Below are positions 40,012 through 52,448 of a DNA stretch of 55,584 nucleotides, piece by piece. Source of the DNA: Chiloscyllium plagiosum. Lineage: Eukaryota. The notes below the pieces were generated by a model. The model saw nothing but the letters and a program-made list of their open reading frames with translations. It was not told the DNA's origin and made no database searches. A program made the position numbers and the translations under genes. How positions within the stretch are numbered: position 1 is the stretch's first letter; every line of letters starts with the position of its first letter. The stretch spans positions 68,496,401-68,551,984 of the forward strand of contig NC_057718.1 of NCBI RefSeq assembly GCF_004010195.1, written 5' to 3'.

Positions 40012-40574
40012 TTGCTTCATTCTACCTCCAAACCACAAAATGTTGCCTTTCATAATACAGTACTGTTACAGAACCAGTCTTTTGCAATCACATAAATGGA
40101 AAATAATTTTGCTGTAGTATCACTGCCACTGGTGTGGCTGGTGGATTTACCAGATAATGGGCAACTGAGTACTCGCCTTGTTAATCTGTGCCACCATCTT
40201 CCTTTCCTCCATATTCATTTTGCATGGTGGTCTGAATGTCTGACCACTGATTGCTTAATGTTGCAAAGGGGCATGATTGATTTGGTGAAAAAAAACTGGC
40301 GGAGTTCAGTCTGGAAACCTGAGATGTCCTCCATTTTGGAGATGATAAAGATAGATCAATGTCTTCTAATGATAAGCTTAAGAACTATGAATGAGCAGAA
40401 TAATTTGTGGATCAATATACAGAATTCATGAAACAGTGGTGGCCCAGTTAAATAAAATGTTAAATGATAGATACTAAACTTTACCTGCAGGTTCTGCTGG
40501 TCTCTGCTGGTCCTCTGATTCATCCCTTATGATTTAAATTTGCTGCCTATCTCTGTTGATTGGTAGTTTATGGA

Positions 40575-41330
40575 AAGAACAGTATACAGCACAAAGACAG
40601 ACCCTTCGTCCTTCCAAGCCAGTGCCGACACATTTTGCCCTTCCATACGAAAACTGTTTTCATTTGCAGGATTTGTATCTCCTCCAGTCCCTTCCTGTTT
40701 ATGTATTGGTCCAGGTGTTTGTTGAATGCTGCTAGTGTGTCTGCTTCCACCACCACCTCTGGCAAAGCATTCCAGATACTCGCCACCCATTGTGTGAAAA
40801 AGCTGTCCTGCACATTTCATTTAAACTCATCCCCTGCACTTTGAACCTGTGTGCCCTAGTACTTCCCACTGTATCCATGCCATTCACGAACTTAAACTTT
40901 TATCAGGTTGCTTCTCAGCCTCCTGCGTTTCACTGAAAACAAACTTAGCCTATCCAACCTTTCTTCATAGCTAAAATCCCCCATAGCAGGCGACATCCTG
41001 ATCATTTTTTTCTGTACCCTCCAAAGCATCCACATCCTTCTCGTTGTGTGGTGACCAGAACTGTATTTCGGCCACACTTGAAATATTGCATAAAGTTCTA
41101 TAAAGCTTCAGCATGACTTGTCTATCCGTGCACTCAAAGCCTCTTTCAATGAAGGCAAGCATGCCATAGACCTTTTTATACTACCTGCGCTGCCACCTTC
41201 AATGATCTGTGGACCTGCACATCCAGTTCCCTCTGCATATCAATACTCCTAAGGGTTCTGCCATTCACTATATGATTTCCACTTATACTTGACCTTCCAA
41301 AATGCATCGTCCCCCCATTTGTCCACATCT
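40575..41330 (-). mobile_element. CR1-like LINE 3' fragment
   Basis: Minus frames LAFIERGFECTDRQVMLKLYRTL, SYEERLDRLSLFS and FFTQWVASIWNALPEVVVEA. Confidence 0.85.
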
Positions 41331-42561
41331 TGGTCTGCTTGTAGGAAACATCACTGTCAAGTCAGAACATACCGGGAGACATCCTGACACGGATTCTCAG
41401 TATTTTTCCCAGCTTTCCTGACTGAACATACCATCGTGGAACACAGAGAGACGGGGATGGCACCTTCCTGATCTGTATGCACTGTTTCTCCTTGGTAGCT
41501 GAACATTCAGAGGACTTGAATGGGCAATTTGCAATCTGCATTGGATTTTGTGTTGCATAATTAAAATTTGATGACAGAAATGCTGTCATAGATATTATGC
41601 ATTATATATTCTGGACAAAGACTAACAGCCACATACATGTAAAATTAAAAATACCCCCAAAAAAGAGTAACTTTTATCAGTATAAGAATTTATTTAACCT
41701 GATGTTGCTGATGAAGATTTCACAACAAAAGAATGCTGAGATTGTGTTGAAGAAGCGAAGGTAATTGAACTATAGCACTAAATTTTCTTCATTTTCTTTT
41801 TAAAGATTGTTCATCAGTTCACACTAGAGAATATAGTAGACTGTGATTAAGAATATCCTTTATCAGTGCTAGGCCTTAATTAACCAGTAAATACCCCAAG
41901 CAGGCAGACTTGTTAATTCTGATTGAGAGACAAAAGAGCTTTATTTCTGCGGCTCTTAAGAGGTATAACTTAACAATGCAATCTTTTATTGTAGATATCT
42001 TAATTGTAAAACCCCTTATCTATTTGAGTACCTTTATTACACCCACCCTTGACCTTATTTGCTCTAAGGAGAATAATTCCAGTCTCCCCACAAAACTAAA
42101 TTATCTATGATCCCTCTCCAATAAATCTGCTATCAACCCTCTCCAAGGTGTTGAAACCTTTTCAAAATGCTCTGGCCAGAATTGCACACATGCTGGCTAT
42201 TGACCTCACATGCTTCCAAGGAAATTTTTGTGTATTTGCCAGCAAATGTCACACTCTAATGACATCTTCCCATCTTGTTTATTGCATGTTACATGCTAAG
42301 TCATCAAATGCAAATCTGTATAATTCACGGGTATTTGATGAAGCCACATATTAATAAGCTTGCCTCCTTTCTGTAAGACAAGTTCTTATTGCAATACCCT
42401 GAAGTGGATTTGAATAAGATGAGGAATAACTCTTTGCCAGGTCCTGTGAATCAGGAAGCCCTGGAGATTCCAGGCACAGACCGACTTTTGGAGTATCAGG
42501 AATGGAGAGTCAGGAGGATTGGAGCATCAGTGTCTTTGCTTTTATCTCTTTCATTCTATGA

Positions 42562-42825
42562 GTGGCATGGTGGCTTAGTCATTAGCACTGCTGCCCCACA
42601 GCGCCAGGGACCCCAGGTTCGATCCCAGGTTCAATTCCAGCCTCGGGCGACCTTCTGTGGGGAGTTGACATATTCTCCCTCTGTTTGTTTCCACAGTCCA
42701 AAGATGTACAGGTTAGGTGCATTGGCTATGCTAAATTGCCTATAGTTTCCAGGGATGTATAGGCTAGGTGGATTAGACATGGGAAAATGCAGGATTGCAG
42801 GGACAGGGGAAGGGTCTAGGTGAGG
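42562..42825 (+). mobile_element. V-SINE-like SINE, degenerate variant
   Basis: gtggcatggtggcttagtcattagcactgctgcc..ggttcaattcc..cacagtccaaagatgtacaggttagg. Confidence 0.7.
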
Positions 42826-44949
42826 AAGACGTAAACTGGGACACTGAAGTGTCAATTTACAAGAGAAGGATCTGAGAACTGCTGCTGCATTATTGCAGAA
42901 TATGGAGGCTTCCAAATTTAATTTTTTCGTGTTCTCAATAAGGTTTTGATTGTCTGCAGTCCCCTGTAGAATGTGTGGTATCTTTGGAAACTATAGCAAG
43001 GCTTAGAATGCAAAAGTCCTTGTTGCCACTGATGGCAATCTTTCTCCAGCATCAAACTATTGACATTGTAGCTCTGCCCTCCAGCATCTCCTCTAGCCTG
43101 GAAGAGGTGTGCAATAGCATTAACAGAAAAATGACTGGATAGGTGCTTTGTTCACAGATGTCCTGCGACCTACTCTTGTGCTGATTGTTGGAATATATTT
43201 ATCCCTGTGGGAATAGATCTGGCACAATGCAAGCTGCATACATGGCCCTCTCTCACAAGAGTAGTGCATTTGTGCCACTGTAAAACTCTTCTTCCACAGC
43301 TGTTTGGGTGTTAATTAGTTAGGTGGACCAGCTACTCTGACAACAACTGAAATGGATCAGTCTACAGTGAGAGATCACCCACCAATAGGATCCTCAGTGC
43401 TCTCCTTAGAATAAGAGCAATCTTTCAACAGCAAAGCTGAAAGCACAAGGGCAAAACCGTTAGAAGGACTGGTATTAGGAAGAATAAAGTTTTTTTTTTA
43501 AAAAAACAGGGGTAGTACCAGGCTGATTATTTAGTAAATTTCCTTTCATGGCTGGAGTGATTCAGGACTGCTTTCTTGCCCACCTGTTGTGGTGCTGTGG
43601 GCCAGCCTAACTTTGGCAAAAAACTGAAGAGGAAGCAGGTTATTGAGTTCAGAAAAGGAACACTGTGTGGTTGTATGCAGATAGGTTCAATAGCTGCAAA
43701 ATTTGCAATGTCAGCTGGTATTTGTCTTCTATGAGTCAATTAAGGATGAAAGGACTTAGCAGAGTTGGGGTACTATTTCAGGTGAAGCACACAGAATTGC
43801 TAATCGACAGCTTCCCTGTCATTTGTCTTCTCTTCATCAGAGCCAAGTCCATGTTCACTGTCGCTTCATCTCCAGGGTCCACATGGCAAATTCATGGATG
43901 CCACCATGGAGTGGCAACTTCGAGGGTTTCCTTTCTTTCAGAATCCCAACATCAATGTTTGTTGAGAGTGTAGAATACATAATAGCCCCTTGAAAACATT
44001 GCTATTAAGTAGTTTTAATCAAGCAGAAATCCATGCACCAACTGGTTTTGTTGGAAAAACATGGACACAATGCCTTATCACATGATAGCATGGCACCACC
44101 CAGACAACAAGAATAGAAACTGAATTATTCATGTGGCATGATATGTGATAACTCCCTGATTATTGATGTAGCTGCCCCAAGGGAAGTCTCCTGTGGTGGC
44201 CTGAGTGCAATCGATGACATCCTGTCCTTGTGAGAATCTCAACGCTACTAAGCCAATAGACACATCACATTGGTCTTTTGTCGTACAAGCCCTTTAGAAG
44301 ATTGTGTATGTTACTTGCTTCATTTGTGAGGTTTTTGCCAACTGGCTGATGTATGCATGTCAGCTCCTGCAGCCTGGAACAACCCAGAGGCGACAAGGTC
44401 AGCGCCCACGAAACATTGCAGTCCACCATCTGTTGTGGACTCCTCATCTGGCTGCATCTGCTGACAAGGTCAGGAATAATTTTGAAACCTGAATGAAACT
44501 ACCTTTGATACATCTAGAAATAAGTAGTCATAATTCCTGTACACCTTTGTGGAGTTTACTGGCAGCTTTCCATCCCCTGTCTGCATTCTTTCCCCTTCCT
44601 GGCAGTCTTCCTGCAGCTTGACCTGCCTCCTCCATCCCTTCAACTTCTAGTCTTCTTGCTCTTTGTGCTTCCTTTATTTTTCCTCCAGCATTCAGTTAGG
44701 ATATAATGCAGAGAACCAGTCTGTTTTATCCTGAGTGGTCTGTTCTTAAGACCTCGACTTGCCTCTCCCCACCTTACTTCATCTAACTTTATTAGCGTTT
44801 ATTTTTCTGATGTGTTTGTCTATCTTCCCTTAAATGGATTTGTACTATTTGTCTTAATCAAATGACAGCCACTTAACCTTATGACAGTAGGTTTCACAGT
44901 CTAATCACTCTTTGCTCAATAGGTTTCTCCAGACGTAGTTCTTTGATAT

Positions 44950-45965
44950 AGCAAAGAACTGCAGATGCTGAAGATCTGAAACAAAAAGAAAGTGCTGGAG
45001 AAACTCAGCAGGTCTGGCAGCATATGTGGCAAGAAAGCAGAGTTAATGCTTTTAGTTCAGTGACCCTTCCTCAGGACTGATAGTAGCTAGGAAAAGGTGG
45101 TATTTATGCAGATGACAGAAGGATAGGGGAGACGGAGTGAGTGAATAGGTGGAGACAGAGCCCAGAGAGTGACAAAGATAAGCAAAGGGAATGCTGATGG
45201 TGAGCCAGGGAGGAGAAAAGCCAATAATGGGGACAATGAGTAGATGAAAATGGGTTGGCTATGCTGAAAGCAGCCCATATTATGACGTGGCCTGAGCTGT
45301 GCGGGTGGGTAAGGAATGTGAAAGGTGGTGTTCAGGCTCTAAATTCATTGAACTTGACATTGAGTTCTGAAAACTGCTGGGTTTCCTAATGGAATGTGAT
45401 ATGCTGTTCTTCCAGCTTGTGCTGAGCCTTACTGGAGCAATGCACTGGGCCTAAGACTGAAGTGTTGAGCAGGTAGCATCGTGGTGTATAGAAGTGGCAG
45501 GCAACTGGAAGCTTGGTCATTTTTTGTAGACAGAACACACTTCCTACACTTATGTCCTCACCCTTTCACTTCCCGCACCACCAGCCTCTCCATCCAAAGG
45601 AGGTGGTCATTTTACCACCTCCAGAGGGATGCCACCACCAGACACACATTTCCTTCCCCTCCCCCTCCCCCTCCCTTTCAGCATTTCACAGGGGCCGTTG
45701 CCCTCAGGAAATCCTGGTCAACGACTCTTCCACTCCCCAATTTCCCCATTCCACCTTCCCATACAATTGCAGCTGGTACAACACTTGTCCATTTGCTTCC
45801 TGCTTTCTCACTATATAAGGCCATAGAACACCTTGCAGATGAAGCATTGATTTACCTGTATTTCACTTAATCTACTGTATTGCTGCTCACAATACGGTCT
45901 CTACATAGGGGAGACAAAACACAAGACTGGGTGACTGCTTTGCATAACACCTGCATTCTGCCCAT
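44950..45965. mobile_element. Degenerate Neptune-type PLE with 5' inversion
   Basis: Minus arm about 44950-45540 carries the 3' terminus. Plus arm about 45540-45965 is homologous to 30-450 (FYHLQRDATTRHTFP). Confidence 0.7.
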
Positions 45966-46091
45966 AATCCTTTTTGATCTACTCGTTCTCCCCATTATCT
46001 GCTTTTGTTTTCTCTTGGCTCATTATCAGCCATCCCTTAGTCTGAGAAAATAGGCTCTGTCTGAACCTATCTGCCCACTCTTGCCACCCCG

Positions 46092-46460
46092 CCAGTGGAG
46101 GTGCCAGTGTTGAACTGCGGTGGATAAACTTAAAAATTACGCAACACCAGGTTATAGTCCAACAGGTTTATTTGGAAGCACAGGTTAAAAAGGCAATAAT
46201 ATTTCACAAAAGTTTTGTTTTTTATTGTCTGGAGTAAGATTTTTTTTCTATCCAGACATATCATAAGTGCCCCTCTAAATATTTGCTTGTTTCAAGTCTA
46301 GCCCAGATTCATAGTGAAAACTGAATTCACCATCAATTTTGTTGTGCCTTCTTAAAATTGAAGGAATTAAACTTGATGAAGGAGCAGTGCTCCGAAAGCT
46401 AGTGCTTCCAAGTAAACCTGTTGGACTATAACCTGGTGTTCTGTAATTTTTAACTTTGTA
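46092..46460. mobile_element. Palindromic PLE-derived element of the 1945-2153 family, arms separated by ~190 bp
   Basis: caacaccaggttatagtccaacaggttta at about 46142, and gatgaaggagcagtgctccgaaagctagtg..aaacctgttggactataacctggtgtt at about 46375-46440. Confidence 0.65.
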
Positions 46461-47231
46461 TAGAAATCCATTTGCACCTATTGAAGTTAGTTAAAATCAT
46501 TTTTGTGTGACTGACATGGCTCCAGTAATGTTTCTGACTCTTAAAGAAGCAACATCATGGAAACATTGTTTGAGTAAGGTCTTTTATTTATATATGAAGA
46601 GTATACAGAGATCAAAGAATTAATCCATACCTATGGAATTAACCACATGTTCCATATTCTGTGCATTGTTTGGGTGTCCAATTTGTATGTTGGTCAAGAA
46701 TGCCCTGCAAAAGAATTGCATTAAACATCTAGATTCAAATTACTTCTGTTGCATGCGAAATAGGATGTACATATTGGAGATGAATTTCAACACATCACTA
46801 ATTCTTTATTTGATCCAATTAACAAAGTCATGTTATTTAAAAATTAAATTGCTTTTGTTTGCTGCTAGGGCATAGAGTTCAGTAGACATAGTAATTGTTT
46901 TGAGCTTTTTCTATATTTGTTCTGTGGCTGTCTAAATCACTGGAAATAATTGGCTTCAAAAAAGCTTCACCATTTCTGTTCCACAAGAATGTATTTGTGT
47001 TTGCATTCAACTTGTATTAGTTGCTAACTAATTCAAAAATGGAGGAAAAAAAGTTTTTGAATGAAGTCTAATGTGCATGTTTACTTAATTTTGCAATGTA
47101 ACTGTGCTTCACATAGATTGTATTCAGCATGATTACTAACCTTTTTCCCATTCTTTTCCCACCATTTATCATTATTATACATCTTCCATATTTCTGATGC
47201 TCCGTACATCTGTTCTCCATTTATGCTGCAG

Positions 47232-47633
47232 TGTGATCAGGACCAATGCATTCAGAGCACTAAATTCGTTTTGCAGGCAGCAGCCACACCGCTGTTACAG
47301 AGTGAATCAAGCCCAATGAATGAAGAGCTCCCTGTCCCAGGGAAAATGACAATTTCTTCTCCATGTGCCACGTTGACTCTTGGGCAGCCAACACCTCCAC
47401 CGTCTACATCAAGCCTTGCAACAGAAACCATATTAGCAGATACATTGCCATTGAAGGAAGCCTGTGAAGGTCACCACTTTCTTACGCCAGAAGAGGCTCC
47501 ATCACCTCCTGGAATGCTCACCCCAGGTAGCCCACTTACTCACAGCCACACAATGCATGTCCTGAATGCAGTCACCCAGGATTCAATGCACGAGGATTCA
47601 GTTCGTGGCCTTGTCAAGCTTAGCTCAGTTTGA
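47232..47633 (+). CDS. zdhhc14: ZDHHC14 terminal coding exon ending in the PDZ ligand LSSV
   Basis: Acceptor gctgcag|TGT. Reads CDQDQCIQSTKFVLQAAATPLLQSE...HEDSVRGLVKLSSV*, which is the ZDHHC14-type C-terminus rather than ZDHHC9/18. Confidence 0.96.
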   Translation, partial: CDQDQCIQSTKFVLQAAATPLLQSESSPMNEELPVPGKMTISSPCATLTLGQPTPPPSTSSLATETILADTLPLKEACEGHHFLTPEEAPSPPGMLTPGSPLTHSHTMHVLNAVTQDSMHEDSVRGLVKLSSV

Positions 47634-48405
47634 CACCTCTTATGGCCATTTTAATCTTTCCCAATTCCAGATGTTACCTGGAACTGTCAAAAGATTATCA
47701 AGAAATTGCACCATAATCCCATTACAAACTGACGTGAAATAACAGATAATCGCTTCTACCCTGTAATGAAGAATATGTGCCATTATGTGAAAGAAGAAAA
47801 TGTGTGCTCATGAGTAATTCAGACTAAGAAGCAACACTTCACTGACTTTTGTTTTATCTATGAAGCAATGGCAAAAGACTTTCAACTGCACCCAGATATT
47901 GTACAACAGTGTAATTTCTATTGTGCTATATTTTCAGAAACTTGTGACACAGTGGAGATTGGTAGGAATGACTCATGACCTGTTGAATTAAAAAGTGAGA
48001 AGATGGAGTGAATCAGTTGTTAAACTCAGCATGAAAGCTTTACTCATCTGAACATGTGTCTCAACTCTTGTGAAGGTGGTTAAAAGTGAATAATCACAAG
48101 GTCTTTTGTTGAAGCCTGTTTTGACTGCAGTCTAGGATACTGTGTTGCATTGTAAACAAATGTTACAGACCAGTGTAAAACTATTGAATACAATGGTGAT
48201 CTTTGTTTTCCAATGACTGAATGAATGCAATCTATTAGCCTTCATTATATAAAATTTAAATTTTGGGTTTATAGGATCTAAAGTATTGAGGGCTGCTATT
48301 GTCTCACACCATATCATTTATCTCTTTCTGTGAAGTGTTTGAGAAGGAACTGTTCTGTGCCATGTCACCATTTAAATCTGGTGATATTTATTTCCTGTGG
48401 ACATT

Positions 48406-48411
48406 AATAAA
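48406..48411 (+). promoter_or_regulatory. Candidate polyadenylation signal of zdhhc14 (3' UTR about 47634-48430)
   Basis: AATAAA at the end of a repeat-free stretch after the stop codon. It is followed by U-rich sequence, and repeats resume near 48510. Confidence 0.5.
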
Positions 48412-49315
48412 TTGATTTCACATTTTATTCTTTAAATCCTTGGCACTTGTACGTAATGGAATTACTGTGCTTAGCTTGAGTTTTTGCCAATACAAGTCTT
48501 GTTAAATTCATAGAACCATACAGCACAGAAGGAGATTCTGCCTATTGCGTTTTTAACCCACTCTTTAAATAGCTATCACATTACTCCTACTTTCCTGCTC
48601 TTTCCAAACATCCCTATCATGCTGCAAGTATTTATCAAGTTGCTTTTTGAAAGCTACCATTGAATCTGCAAAGACCACCACTTCAGCCGATGCATTCCAG
48701 AACATCATTACTCATGTTAGAAATTCCCATCTCCCTTACCAATGCCTTTGCAAACTGTCTTCAACATGTGATTTCTGTTTGGCAATCTCCCTACCAATAT
48801 TTACATGATCAAAATCATTCATAGTTTTGAAATTCCATTAAGTCTCCTCTTTGTGTAAGGAGAACAAACCCAACTTCCCTCAACTCTCCCTTGTGCCTTT
48901 TTACATTCCAAAAAAGTCTACTTTGACATCCTTCCTAAAGGTTGGAATTACTAAAGTATGATCTCCAGAATCAGTCACAATATTCCTGCTGATGCATGAC
49001 TAGGTTTCCCATAGTGTCCTTGATCTTGCACTTTGTCTGTATTTGTAAAGACCAGGCTTTTAGAAATGCATAGTGATTATGTCCTTGGATTAATAATTCA
49101 GAAGAAAGGTCCAGAGACACAAATTCAAATCACATGGGAATATGAAATCAGTTAGTTAAGGAAACCTATAATAAATAAGTCAGTGGTGCCTGTTTGGCAA
49201 CTGGATTGCTGTTTTAAAAAAAAATGATTCATTCTTCTCCTTTAGGAAAAGGAATCAACACAACATTGTGATTAACTCTTAACTGTCCTATGAACTGACT
49301 GAACAGGCCGCTCAG

Positions 49316-50385
49316 GAGGAAGTGAAGACTGCTGGTGCTGGAGATCAGTCGAGAGTGTGGTGCTAGAAAAGCGCAGCCGGTCAGGCAGCATCTGAGGGAC
49401 AGAAGAATCGACATTCGGGCATAAGCCCTTCAGGAATGAAGCTTATGGGCCAGGGGTGTTGAGAGATAAATGAGAGGGGGATGGGGTTGGAGGGGAAAGA
49501 GCTGAGAATACCATGGGTAAGTGAAGGTGAGGGAGAAGGTGATAGGTCGGAGAGGAGGATGGAGCAGATAGATGGGAAAGGTGATGGACAGGTCAAGAGG
49601 GTGGTGCCAAGTTGGAGGCTTGGATCTGGGATAATGGGGGGGGGGGGGTGGAAATGAGGAAACTGGTGAAATCCAGTGTGGTTGCAGAGTCCCAACGTGG
49701 AAGATGAGGTGTCCTTCCTCCAGGTGGTAAGGAGTGGGCGATGGTGGAGGCCCAGGAGCTGCATGTCCTTACCAGAGTGGGAGGGGGAGTTGAAGTATTC
49801 AGCCATGGGGTGGTGGGATTGGTTGTTGTGTGTCCCAGTGATGGTCTGTGAAACGATTCGCAAGTCGGCATCCTGTCTCCCTGATATAGAAGAGACCACA
49901 TCGTGTGCAATAGATACAGTAGATGACATTGGTGGAGGTACAAGTAAATTTCTGTCAAATGTGGAAGGATCTTTTGGGGCCTTGGACAGAGGTGACGGGG
50001 CAGGTGTAGGCGCAGGTTTTACACTTCCTGCGATGACCAGGGAAGGTGCTGGGAGTGGGGTGTGGGCTGGTGAGAAGCGTGGATCTGACGAGGGAGTTGA
50101 CGAAGGTCCGGAACGCTGATAGGGGTGGGGAGGGAAATATGTCCTTGGTGCTGGAGTCTGTTTGTAGGTGGCAGAAGGATGATGATGCGATGTATACTGA
50201 GGTTGATGGAGCAGAAGATAAGAACCTGGGGGTGGGGGGGTGTTCTGTCCTTGTTGCATTGAGAGAGGTGGGGTTCAACGGTCGAGGTGCAAGAAGTGGA
50301 GATGTGCTGGAGGGTATTGTCGACCACGTGAGAGGCAAAATTGCGGTCTTTGAAGGAGGCCGGGTGGGATATTCTAAGATGGAAT
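49316..50385 (-). mobile_element. Neptune-type PLE (linker, GIY-YIG, 3' end), degenerate
   Basis: Minus frames FCHLQTDSSTKDIFPSPPLSAFR and TFPGHRRKCKTCAYT..VQGPKRSF. Imperfect 16-bp TSD tgaaca(g/c)gc(c/t)gctcag at 49300-49315 and 50386-50401. Confidence 0.85.
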
Positions 50386-50726
50386 TGAACACGCTGCTCA
50401 GTTGTATCAAACCATTATGACAAGTATTCCATCATAATGAACAAGTACTGGGAATAGTAGGTTATACAGAATATACTCCCATCAGCATCACAGGCTTTCT
50501 AAGGGCCGCTCTTGTGGTGCAGTGTTGCTGTCCCTACCCCTGAACCAGAGAAGCTGGGGTTTAAGTCCCACTTGCTCCAGAGTTCAGTAAAATCATCTCT
50601 GAACAAGTTGATTAGAAAAAATGGGTTAAATAAAAAGGAAAAAAAGTCGTTGGCTCGGTAGCAGCACTATTGACTTAGCAGAGACCTGAAAGACCTATCT
50701 GCCAGACTGACTGTTTTTACCTAACT

Positions 50727-52066
50727 GAGACAATGACTGCAGATGCTGGAAACCAGATTCTGGATCAGTGGTGCTGGAAGAGCACAGCAGTTCAGGCAGC
50801 ATCCGAGGGGCAGTAAAATCGACGTTTGGGCAAAAGCCCTTCATCAGGAATAAAGGCAGAGAGCCTCAAGGGTGGAGCGATAAGCTAGAGGAGGGTGGGA
50901 GTGGGGTGAAAGTAGGATAGAGTACAATAGGTGAGTGGGGGAGGGGTTGAAGGTGATAGGTCAGGGAGGAGGGTGGAGTGGATAGGAAGGTAGGACAAGT
51001 CATGGGGACAGTGCTGAGCTGGAAGTTTGGAACTGGGGTGAGGTGGGGGAAGGGGAAACGAGGAAACTGTTGAAGTCCACATTGATGCCCTGGCGTTGAA
51101 GTGTTCCGAGGCGGAAGATGAGGCGTTCTTCCTCCAGGCATCTGGTGGTGAGGGAGCGGCGGTGAAGGAGGCCCAGGACCTCCATGTCCTCGGCTGANNN
51201 NNNNNNNNNNNNNNNNNNNNNNNNNNNNNNNNNNNNNNNNNNNNNNNNNNNNNNNNNNNNNNNNNNNNNNNNNNNNNNNNNNNNNNNNNNNNNNNNNNNN
51301 NNNNNNNNNNNNNNNNNNNNNNNNNNNNNNNNNNNNNNNNNNNNNNNNNNNNNNNNNNNNNNNNNNNNNNNNNNNNNNNNNNNNNNNNNNNNNNNNNNNN
51401 NNNNNNNNNNNNNNNNNNNNNNNNNNNNNNNNNNNNNNNNNNNNNNNNNNNNNNNNNNNNNNNNNNNNNNNNNNNNNNNNNNNNNNNNNNNNNNNNNNNN
51501 NNNNNNNNNNNNNNNNNNNNNNNNNNNNNNNNNNNNNNNNNNNNNNNNNNNNNNNNNNNNNNNNNNNNNNNNNNNNNNNNNNNNNNNNNNNNNNNNNNNN
51601 NNNNNNNNNNNNNNNNNNNNNNNNNNNNNNNNNNNNNNGGGAGCAGATACGGCAGAGGTGGAGGAATTGGGAATATGGGATGGCATTTTTGCAAGAGGTA
51701 GGGTGGGAAGAGGTGTAATCTAGGTAGCTGTGGGAGTCGGATTTGTGAAAAATGTCAGTGTCAAGTCGGTCGCCATTAATGGAGATGAAGAGGTCCAGGA
51801 AGGGGAGGGAGGTGTCAGAGATGGTCCAGGTAAATTTAAGGTCAGGGTGGAATGTGTTGGTGAAATTGATGAATTGCTCAACCTCCTCGTGGGAGCACGA
51901 GGTGGCGCCAATGCAGTCATCAATGTAGCGGAGGAAGAGGTGGGGAGTGGTGCCGGTGTAATTACGGAAGATGGACTGTTCTACGTAGCCAACAAAGAGA
52001 CAGGCATAGGTTGGAACCATCTCTGACACCTCACTCCCCTTCCTGGACCTCTCCATCTCCATTAAT
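50727..52066 (-). mobile_element. Neptune-type PLE with RT catalytic core (spans an N gap) and a short inverted 5' segment
   Basis: PTYACLFVGYVE..FLRYIDDCIG..LPFLDL..SYLDYTSSHP..AIPYSQF is a PLE RT with YIDD. GIY-YIG tail CLEEERLIFRLGTL..GINVDF. 52015-52066 is an inverted copy of about 51775-51826. Confidence 0.9.
51198..51638. other. Assembly gap
   Basis: Run of N. Confidence 0.99.
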
Positions 52067-52448
52067 GAGCTTGTTTGATTTGTTGACAGTGAAAATTCTT
52101 CCATAGGAATGGTGCTTAGTTTTCATGATGTCATTGTCACTGGATGCCAGAGATCCCTGCAATTGTGACCAGAATTAAATTAATGTTAGGGCGCACATAA
52201 CCTATGCCACAGAACTCACTGGATGTTTGTGGGCAGCGTTATTTGAGGTCAGTAGCAGTGCTTATCACTGGCCACAGAGTCTGAGCCATATTCAACTGCA
52301 CCATCAAACCTATCTCGTACCTCCTAAGACATGGCTTACCCTCAATAAATTTGTGTTGATTTTCACTTATTTGTACTTTTTCCAAATTGCATTCAATTTT
52401 GTCCTAAATTGTGGTCTCTAGATGTTTCCCTGTAATTACCAGATTACA

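Noticed and set aside
50818..50850. Hammerhead motif on the minus strand (also 49405-49435, 45045-45078, 31465-31500, 8785-8820)
   Set aside because: Catalytic core nucleotides are mutated or deleted, so these are treated as decayed relics.
50866..52104. 412-aa ORF as a host gene
   Set aside because: It spans a gap and is a truncated PLE reverse transcriptase.
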